Shown here: positions 54,665 to 64,000 of the stretch, piece by piece | Layout of the letters: each line of letters starts with the position of its first letter | How positions within the stretch are numbered: position 1 is the stretch's first letter | Assembly (NCBI GenBank): GCA_951406725.2 | Contig: OX597822.1 | Location: 87,916,001 to 87,980,000, forward strand | Source: Octopus vulgaris | Lineage: Eukaryota | Direction of reading: 5' to 3' | DNA length: 64,000 nucleotides | The notes under the pieces: model-generated | What the model was told of the DNA's origin: nothing | The model's database searches: none | What the model saw: the letters and a program-made list of their open reading frames with translations, nothing else | Position numbers and translations under genes: made by a program

Positions 54665-55385
54665 ATAGCAGCTAAGCCCTGTTTTAGTCGGTTGGTTTGG
54701 ATGATGTGGTTGTAAAACCTGCACTGTGTAAGCATTCGATTTGTTTGGGTACGCTTATGTTAAAAAACAATTTTAGAATAGCTTTTTTTCCCTGTCAAAA
54801 CGCTAAAAATAATTCCCCAACAAAAAAAAACCAAGATTCAACCAAATCCAAAAGTAAACCCAAATACAAAGCGAACAAAGATAACCATCCCACTTCTATT
54901 GCGCACGCATACACACACAAACACACACATCACCTCTTTTATACACACACACATATATTCTCACAGAGTTGAAACGCTGTTTGATTGACTTTTTCACAGT
55001 ACAATTTTCACCATCCTACTACCCCGTATGACATCACCCCTTCCTTTCTCAAACACAAGTGTAATATTATAGTAGATTATCTCGGTAACCATGGAAGCTA
55101 TGAAAAAATACAAAGCTCAGCAAAACCACAGGATCATTCTACACATCTGTGTAATTTTTCGCAGTCTTCAAAATCATTTGGACGGGAAAAAATGTGAATT
55201 CTGTAAACGAGGTCAGAACAATACTGAAGGAGTATTTTTCGTCACGGACTAGTGAATTTTGGAAGAGGGGCTTTGCAAGTGTACCAGATAGATAGAAGAG
55301 CTTTGTAGAAAATGAAGGAGAGTATAATTTAGATTAAAAAAGAACTTTATCTTAATTTTAAAAAATTAAAATATGAAAAAAACCC

Positions 55386-55462
<77 letters not shown>

Positions 55463-56728
55463 TGTGTGTGTCGCCAGTTTATGACTTACAAGTGTTTTAA
55501 CATCCAACGCTATATGGGAATCGTCCCCAGAGCGCTGTACTGCAACGCACCGGACAACAAGCACATTAAGTATGTGTGGTCGATAATGTTTACAATACCA
55601 GCGCGTATGCCACGTTGTGACTTCCGGCAGATGGTTCTTACACTATTTGTATATAGCCATAAACTGGCAATTCAATTTGTATACTACATTGCGGAATATA
55701 ATTCATTGGTGCAAGGTTTCGCGATTTGGGGTGAGAAATGGATTACAGTTATACCATTGATTTGATTTATTTATGTCGAACTTGGATGAAAGGAATTGTC
55801 CACCCTAGCATAAAGGGACCGACTTAAATTTCTCTTTGTCTGCTTATTGTTATTAGAACAGTTTCGTCTAAAACTGATCACAATAAACGGTTTCTTCTCT
55901 ACTGATATGTTCTCACCTGATACAAAACCATAACAAAACGTTTATTGATCGAGACTAGCGGATATAACTGATATTTATTTTATCAACCACAAAGGGATGA
56001 ACGAAAGACAAAATCGACTGAGATGTGATCTAAAAACCAGACGAAACACAATACTGCCAGTCATGTATTTAACACAGAGTTCTACCGCTCCAACCAACTA
56101 GCCGCCCATTTAGTGTTTATAATTAATACTGCGATGAGGTTGTTTAGTGGCATCAACATGTCAGTTTAGTTCATAGCTGAAACATTGATCCCTTAACCCT
56201 ACACGCCAGTCACTGGAATCTTATTACCTGTTACGGTGTCACCATAAGGCCAACAGTGAAATATTTGTTGCAAGATATTTTAGGCGTGTTCTAAAATTGT
56301 TTAGCTTAGACTTAAATTACTAAATGTATGATAGCAGATATGCGACCGTTCAATTGCCCTATTTTTTTCCTTCCCATTTTATTTCTCATCGAATTTACAT
56401 TCTTTCTCCTTCGATTCATATCTACCTTTATCGTGCATCTATTATCTTCTACTTTCTCCCAAACTCTTTTCTTTTTCGTACTGATTTTTTTCTTCTCACT
56501 CTCTCATAATGTGTGTGAATGTGTTTGTGTGTGTGTGCGTGCGCGCTTTGTCTATTATTTTATAGCATTCCGCCCTCTACATTTCTTGTCTTAATTTCTT
56601 CTTTCTTCTTTCACCGCTTTAACCCTTTGTCTATTCTATGTATCAGAGGCATCGTATATGATACACATTCCCAATTCTTTTCAGTTACCAGAATAAATTG
56701 TGACTTATGAAGCGAAAGATTTATATTA

Positions 56729-57218
56729 CCGTAAATCCTCGAGTATAATCCGCATTTCCCCCCCAAAATTTAAAGGTCAAAATCCCTAGTGCGTACTATA
56801 TACGAGGTTAAAAATGAAAAATATTTTCTAAGCAATGTCCGAGTCTCTATTTGCTGTCCGGTAATGTTTATTCAGACGCATTTTGTGATGTCAGGCGCGA
56901 AAATATCTTGCCTGAAAGCAATGAAGTCATAAAAGAATCATCTATAACTTGCAGTAAGCAACATATATTAAAATAAAAGTATTCAGAACACAGAATAACA
57001 TGTAACAAAAACAATTTGCAAACATATTTACATTCCCATTGTTGTATTACGCATGCGCAGAAGTGTTTGTTCGACTAGATGCTGCTGGCTTAATTACGCA
57101 TGACTAGTTAGAGAAGTGGTGCATATTGTACACAAGGTTTAGGTTTTTCAGAAGTACAGCCCCCTAAAAGTCCCCTGCGTATTATACTCAAGGGCGGCCT
57201 ATACTCGTGGATTTACGG
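56729..57218. mobile_element. pogo-type MITE
   Basis: TA-flanked TIRs CCGTAAATCCTCGAGTATA / TATACTCGTGGATTTACGG. Confidence 0.88.
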
Positions 57219-57301
57219 TACTCGGACCGTATGACACGGTCTACTAATAGCTTGGAAACAAGCTTGGACGCTTAGGACAAACCTATGACAATACTTTAGA
57301 C

Positions 57302-57551
57302 GGATCTTTTCCTTTTGAACGGCACATGTCAACACAATTTATAGTTAACTAAACACTTTAAAACTTCGTATACTGGTAGAATGTGTCAAAATAAAACATT
57401 TTTTCTCTTGGCTTTCTTGATAAAATTGTAATTCGTTTGTTTAACGTAGTTTAATTTTTCGAATTTTAACCAATGAATCGCCTCTATTGAGCTAAAATCA
57501 TTTGCTGCCTCTAAAACTGAGACAACATCCTGTCACTAACCATAACCCTAA
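57302..57551 (-). mobile_element. Merlin-like MITE variant, truncated at its telomere-like motif
   Basis: GGATCTTTTCCTTTTGAACGGC start; homology ends at CTAACCATAACCCTAA. Confidence 0.8.
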
Positions 57552-57949
57552 ATTTTTTTTTTTCTTAATTGTTACGCGTCTTATAAAAACGAAAGCAATG
57601 GAAAATAATTTAAACAATTAACAAACAAAATAATTCTATAATTTTATACCTTTGCCATTCTTCTTGGGAAGGTGCGACAGCCTTCTAGAATGGTGAAAGA
57701 AGGGAAAGAAGCTATCCTCGAAGTGGAGGCATCGTCTGGAGGCCTTCCAACAGAATGGACTCGGTCAGTTAAGCATTATGGATGCTTTATATTCCTTTCG
57801 TGCACCGTCGATGTGAATAGAATTATAAGACAAGATCTTTCAAGAGTGTTGAAAGAGGCCTAAGTCAGCAGAGCACGATGCCATCATGAAGTATAGCTAT
57901 CATACAAAAATCTTATATAGATGTGCAAATTCCACCATTTCGTTTGGGA

Positions 57950-59150
57950 ATTTAGTGGCGTTAGTGATAGGGATATAGATGTAATAGTGCATGCCAGGAG
58001 AACCCTGTTGTTCGACAAAAATTCGTCCTAGGACAAACAAAGGATCTTTTCGGTTTGAACGGCAGTTCTTTCTAGCGGTGTCATATGAAATTGTCACCCA
58101 TAATTATGAAACATTGATCTATTGCATTTCAATCTGTTTTAGGGTTAGGGGTGGGGGGGAAGGGTATCTTTTTTTCTTCACAAATGTAAATAAACCCAAT
58201 CTGTTTCTTAAACGAGGGACATATTCATACGGCACAGAATGTTTTTTTTTAACCTCTATAGACGTCACTGATTGGTTGAATTGCAGAAATTGAAGAAAAA
58301 CAACAACAAATATCTTACAAACTATAGAATTTTCTCAATAAAGCCAAGAGAAAAAGATGTTTTATAAACACATTCTACCAGTATACGAAGTTTAAAATTT
58401 TTTAGTTACCTAGAAATTATGTTAAAAACTGCCGTTCAAACCGAAACGATCCCAAACAAACTGACTTGGTAGGTTCCTTCAGCATGGCGATGAGATCATT
58501 CGACAGCACGGATATCTGCGACCTCACAGGATTATTTGTACTGGACACCTTAACTGAGAGGTTCCCGTCAGTCCTTTATGGTATGTACAATGATGACACT
58601 TTAGTTATCTCTAGATGCGCAAATGGACATGCCCTAGACAGGCTTAGGAAGGACCTAATATATACGCTTAACTTATATACTTAGATCCCTTGGTCTTAAG
58701 ATTACAATTGAGACCAACCTTACCATAGTTTAACTTTTTAGAAGCTACGCTTGATTTGGGCACCTGTTCATATAGGCCTTACTGCAAAGCAAACGAATGT
58801 CTGTCGTGCACAGCCTTCTGTCACCCATCCACCCATTATGCTTAAGAGCCTACTGAAGGGTGTCAGTAACAGGATTTCTAACCAGTCTTCGAATAAAGAG
58901 ATTTTCGACGTTGCAGCCTCCTATTATAACGAGGCTTTGGCAGCCAACGAATTTAAGGACCGCATTTTCTTTATGCTGAGTCCTGACACCCACACACACA
59001 CACAAAAAAAGCACTGTCGTAAGGTCATTTGGTTTGCCCCACCCATCTCTTTCAGCTGCGTGGGAAGGATCTTCCTTAGATTAGTGGACCAGCATTTCAT
59101 GCAATCCCATAGATGTGGACAGTTATTTAATAGGTACAACTTAAGGACCT
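57950..59150 (+). mobile_element. Penelope-like retroelement RT fragment, interrupted by a MITE
   Basis: IDVIVHARRTLLFD [MITE] FSMAMRSFDSTDICDLTGLF, GMYNDD (cf. GLYRDD), HPP..SNRISNQSSNKEIFD..YNEAL, RKVIWFAPP. Confidence 0.8.
58042..58452 (+). mobile_element. Merlin-like MITE
   Basis: TIRs present; perfect TSD CAAACAAA. Confidence 0.92.
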
Positions 59151-59162
59151 CATTCACACACA

Positions 59163-59320
59163 CACGACAGGCTTCAATTAGTTTCCGCCTGCCAAATCCA
59201 CTCACTAGGCTTTGGTCGGCCCGAGACTATAGTAGAAGGCACTTGCCCAAAGTGGCATGCAGTGGAGCTGAACCCGGAACCACGTGGTCAAGAAGCAAGC
59301 TTACCACACAGCCACGCCTG
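59163..59320 (-). mobile_element. SINE family 1, 5' half
   Basis: CGACAGGCTTC..GGCTTTGGTCGGCCCGAG..ACCACACAGCCACGCCT. Confidence 0.85.
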
Positions 59321-59356
59321 AGCCTATACATATATATATATATATATTTATTCATT

Positions 59357-59387
<31 letters not shown>

Positions 59388-59393
59388 AGATTT

Positions 59394-59442
<49 letters not shown>

Positions 59443-59928
59443 ATATGTGTGTATGTGTATACAGACACACAGACTGTAGATAATAATAATAGATCTCGAA
59501 AACATTATCTCCAAAGAAGTATAAGTCTCTGGAAGAAAGATATAAATATTTGGAGTTCTATTTTCGACTGGCTAGGCTGGTTTCCTTAGCTAAAATTTCT
59601 TCATTGTCACACTGTTAGCCCCTCACCCCGTTAACCCGGACAACGGCACAGCGCCGAACATTTCCTGGTTATAATTAACAAACACAGCTCTTGTATTCAG
59701 CACACAGCATACTCTGTCCACTGTAGTCGATCTATACTTTTTTTACAATACTTTTACTATGGTATTGTTTTGGCTGTTCTTGTTGATTCTGTTTCTTTTC
59801 TGTTATCATTTGTTTTACATTAAGACGCCGTAAATTTAAAGCCTTATCTTTCTCTGTGTTTTCTGTATGCGCGTGCCTGCACAAACACATAGGGAGTCAT
59901 ATTTAGTTACACACATATATTTATGTCG

Positions 59929-60007
<79 letters not shown>

Positions 60008-60073
60008 ATTATATATTTATATATATGCTAACTAGCTAGCTGGCTATCTAAAAAAAATTAATCCAAAAGAATC

Positions 60074-60400
60074 TGGTACTTCGTCAGTTACGACGAGTGT
60101 TCCAATTGATCTGATCAACGGAATTAACGTACAAGTGGCTCGTGTAATTAACGTACAAGTGGCTGAGTATTCCACAGCACACGTACTCTTAACGCAGTTC
60201 CAATGAGAATTCAGCGTGACGCAGAATGTGACAAGGCTGGCCCTTTGAAAAACAAATACTCCTCATTTTTTTTTTTTTTGCCAGCTGAGTGGACTGGAGC
60301 AACATGAAGTAAAGCACAAGGATACAACGCGCCACTGGGAATTGGACTCACGTTCTTTCGATTGTAAGCCGAATACTCTAACCACTAAGCTACGCACCTT
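60074..60400 (-). mobile_element. SINE family 3
   Basis: Matches 21844-21990 (GTTACGACGAG..GATCAACGGAA..GTGACAAGGCTGGCCCTTTGAAA); tRNA-like head at the right. Confidence 0.75.
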
Positions 60401-60444
60401 TACCCTATCTGTCTGTGTAAGACAGGAAGATGAAGATATCAATA

Positions 60445-60660
60445 TAACAACAGTTCTATATTTAAGAGATGAGGAATTATGTGCATTATCTACATTATTT
60501 ACCTGGTTTACATTCAACGGATATTTGTCCTCATCTTGTTTGTTGTTAGTACATTGTTTCGGCTGATAGGATCGAGGGTATATCAGCCGAAACGTTGTAT
60601 TAACAACAAACAAGATGAGGACAAATATCCGTTGAATGTAAATAATGTAAATAATGCTCA
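60445..60660. repeat. Palindromic element with ~85-bp arms, Penelope pLTR-like
   Basis: TTTACATTCAACGGATATTTGTCCTCATCTTGTTTGTTGTTA..GTTTCGGCTGATA is mirrored across a ~12-nt loop. Confidence 0.85.
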
Positions 60661-60699
60661 ATATAACAAGTTTAATATCTATTACAATTCAGCATACCT

Positions 60700-62030
60700 G
60701 CACAAGTATGCCCCCTCTTTCTGTTTCCTTATAACTTCCAGAAAAACGGATAGTTTTTAATGAAATTTTCTACAAATGCCCTTCACATTGTGCAGATTCC
60801 GATTGTATCGGAATTTGTTGTGAAAAAAAAAAACATAAAAATTCTGGGTGAATGGGATGGGGAGAGGAGTTTTCAGAAAATTCACACGAATCGGCCTTAT
60901 TTCCTCATAACTTTCGGGAAAATAGGTATTTTTTTCTATGAAATCTTCTACAAATACCTTTTAGAGTATGTAAGTTACGATTATATCAGAGTCTACACAC
61001 TCTCCTAAATACTCACATACATACGTAAGTACATAGGTACATGCATGCATGCGTATAGGCATGCACACATACATGTATACACATACATACATACGCATAT
61101 ACATACATACATACATACATACATACATACATACATACATACATACATACATACATACATACATACATACATACGCACATACATACATACATACGTACGT
61201 ACATACATACGTACGTATATATCATGAACTAACTGTTACTTTTTCAGATGCAGCACGAAGCTTTGTCAGTGAACAGGTTGCGGTCTGAAAGCGACGAAAA
61301 TATTTTGACAAATTAAATTTAAATGTTGAAGTGAATCTAACGGTTTTGTGTGTTTCTTAAATGGCTTATAAACACCTTCCACGCTGCAATTGTTTTTGTT
61401 CCAGCACACGATCTCAGATCAAGTCACTTGCTATGCAAGTACATCTCCGATTATATCAGAATTTGATGGAAAAAGAAAAAAGGAGAGCACGTACACATAT
61501 ATACTGATTCATATCACAATTTTTTCCCGAAATTCCAAGTTTCATTTTGTAGATATGTGTGATGTGTACCAGTATGTATGTGTGCGAACCCCACTAGCGT
61601 AGCTTGAGTGTGTGCCGACCGGGGGCGGCCCTCCCGTTTGCCGCCCCAGACCGCACAAAAAACACATATTACTTACAGCACACCCAAAAGTGCCGCCCGG
61701 GGCGAATCGCCCCCTAGCTACGCTAGTGGCGAGCCCACCAAATTTTTCCTCTTTTTCATATTGAATTCTGATTTATCGTAATTTAGACACTCTGGAAATT
61801 ATTTGTAGAAAATTTCATTCAAAAATACTCATTCTTCTGAAAGTTATAAGGAAACAAAGCCGTCTCCTGTAAATTTTCTGAAACTCTTCTCTTCATCCAT
61901 GGAAAAAAAAATTTTCACAGCAAATTCCAATTTACTCAGAATGTACACCATCTGAAGCGTATTTGTAGACAATTTCATTAAAAGATATCCACTTTTCTGG
62001 AAATTATGGGGAAACAAAATTGGGTGGGGG
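60700..62030. mobile_element. Long-TIR fold-back element with two nested insertions
   Basis: 60730-60990 is a diverged reverse complement of ~61770-62010. Confidence 0.65.
61592..61728. mobile_element. 137-bp GC-rich hAT-type MITE
   Basis: Perfect 13-bp TIR CACTAGCGTAGCT; 8-bp TSD GCGAACCC/GCGAGCCC. The empty site is visible in the paralogous repeat at ~41-52. Confidence 0.88.
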
Positions 62031-62210
62031 TGGGGGGCACACGTGTAGGTATGCCTAGAATTGCTTCAGTATCATCCACTTCAAACCTCATTACACCTAG
62101 ATGATTGCATGTGATAGATAACATTTGAACTATATAGATTTTATCCATGGTTGAAGAGCATGGAATGGCTGGCAATGCATCAGACATTTACCAAACCTTA
62201 CTATTATACA

Positions 62211-62586
62211 CTAGTACTATGACCCGGCGTTGCTGGGTCATAGTGCTAGTGCATGCATATACAGCTGCGTGCGTGTGCACATACACGCGAATACTGTCCA
62301 AATTTCCGACCAGTCACATACAGCTAGCTGGCATTCAATTGATGTGTCAAGTTTTGGACACTTTGTTTGGGTTTTGGATAGAAAATTCACAAAAAAGTCA
62401 CTTCTATTGATTTTTTAATGGTTTTGTGGGGTGACTGGGGAAATGTAAAGATGTGCACGAACACCCTTGGATGGTTTTGAATGACCATAGAAAGTGCGAG
62501 CCCTCTAACTGAAAAATTGTGGATTTGTATAAAGGATACACACACACACACAGACAGACATTTTGCCGTTTATATATATATAGAGA
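62211..62586 (-). mobile_element. Non-autonomous Helitron
   Basis: Minus 5'-TCTCTATATATA..., 3' hairpin and CTAG, A|T site. The 5' end is shared with 39415-40211. Confidence 0.82.
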
Positions 62587-62597
62587 TGATATATTAT

Positions 62598-62985
62598 CTT
62601 GTTTTACTTGTTTCAGTTATTAGACTGCAGCCATGCTGGGGCACTGCCTTGAAGAATTTTACTCAAATAAATCGACCCCAGTACTTATTTTTTTAAACCT
62701 CGTACTCATTATATTGGTCACTTTTGCCAAGCTGCTAAGTTGTGGGATGTAAACATACCAACCCTGGTTGTCAAGTAGTGGTGAAGGACAAACACACACA
62801 CACACACATGTATATATACACAACGAGCTTCTTTCAGTTTCTGTCTATTAAATTCACTCACAAGGCTTTGGTTGGGCTGAGGTTATGGTAGAAGACACTT
62901 GCCCAAGGTGCCATGCAGTGGGACTGATCCCTGAACGATGTGGTTGGGAAGCAGACTTCTTACCATACAGCCATGCCTGCTCCTA
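62598..62985 (-). mobile_element. SINE family 1, full length
   Basis: Both halves plus internal (CA)n. Confidence 0.88.
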
Positions 62986-63073
62986 TACATAACATATTTA
63001 ATGTATGTGTGTAGTTGAAATGACAGAGTTTCTGTGATTTTCGTATATTATGATTTTTTTTTAACACATTACA

Positions 63074-63178
63074 TCTATCTATAAAGGAATTTCCCCTGAG
63101 ACAAAAATTCTATCTATAAAGGAATTTCCCCTGAGACAAAAATTCTATCTATAAAGGAATTTCCCCTGAGACAAAAAT
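63074..63178. repeat. Three perfect tandem copies of a 35-bp unit
   Basis: TCTATCTATAAAGGAATTTCCCCTGAGACAAAAAT x3. Confidence 0.95.
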
Positions 63179-63276
63179 TGCAGCTTCTGGCATTTCATCT
63201 CCATATATGCATTAAGTATGTTGTATTGATAGAGTTTTTGCTATATTTCTGCTTCCATTGCATAATTAAATTTTTT

Positions 63277-63810
63277 AATTCTGTATTTTCTGAGATGAGG
63301 AGTTTTATATATGTTTAAGCTAAGAGTCGTGTCCTCATCTTGGTTGTTGCTTTCACTATGCTTTGCCTGTATATGCTCCGACCTTCTTCAGGTGTCTTGT
63401 GATTCACTTTAGTACCTTGCCTAGGATTGAACCCAAAACCTCTAGGTGACTGCACTGCATTAACTGAAGAAGGCCGTAGTGTACACAGCAGAAACATAGT
63501 GAAAGCAACAACCAAAATTAGGACACCTCTCCAACTAATACATAATATAAAATTCCTCATCTCAGAAAATACAGAATTGTATTATCCAGTCATTACAGAG
63601 TTGACATAAGACATTCATGGAGGTCTATAAGCCTTAAGAAGTCATTCTGTCTCTACCTACAGGTATAGCATAGTGGATAAAGGTGCCAGTTAATGCAGCA
63701 CAACTCACAAAACACTTGAAGAAAGCTGTGGGGTACACAGCCGAAACATAGTAAAAGCAACAGCCAAGATGAGAACACCACCCCGACTAATATGTAATAA
63801 TTAAACTTTC
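63277..63810. repeat. Palindromic element with ~115-bp arms plus a third arm copy, related to 60445-60660
   Basis: 63277-63391 is inverted relative to 63464-63578; a further direct arm lies at ~63715-63810. Confidence 0.8.
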
Positions 63811-64000
63811 ATATATGATGAAGAAGGAGATAAATAGATAGATAGTGTATGTATATTGATGAAGAGGGAAATAAATAGATGGATAGAGTGTATAAATCTG
63901 CCCTAATGGAAATGAAGTTTAAAAGATAGAATCTTGTGATATTTTTTTTACCCCCTGAATCTTTCCAGCACCTATATGTTTTTTTATCCACCACTAAATC

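Noticed and set aside
63074-63178. CRISPR-like 35-bp repeats
   Set aside because: No spacers, no cas genes, eukaryotic context.

Overview
AT-rich, microsatellite-dense animal genomic DNA. The SINE families and (TA)n/(GT)n/(GATA)n load point to an octopus-type cephalopod; this is inference and no database check was run. The only convincing host gene is the first coding exon of a laminin alpha chain (LanA/LAMA3/5 type, 14190-14612, + strand). I found no second exon, so the remaining ~49 kb is probably one intron. The rest is nested repeats: three tRNA-SINE families; RTE, CR1 and Penelope-like retroelement fragments; dead Tc1, mariner, maT, Tigger and hAT transposases; Helitrons; and an abundant GG-ended MITE family with 8-bp TSDs and internal TTAGGG repeats. 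Most listed ORFs are microsatellite artefacts. Best leads: hammerhead-ribozyme-like cores in several palindromic, Penelope-like repeats; the TTAGGG-carrying Merlin-like MITE and its fold-back and truncated derivatives; a precise head-to-tail Helitron dimer; and a 3' tail shared by a SINE and a CR1 LINE. Repeat boundaries without a stated TIR or TSD are approximate (about +/-30 bp). I saw no clearly novel multi-gene system.
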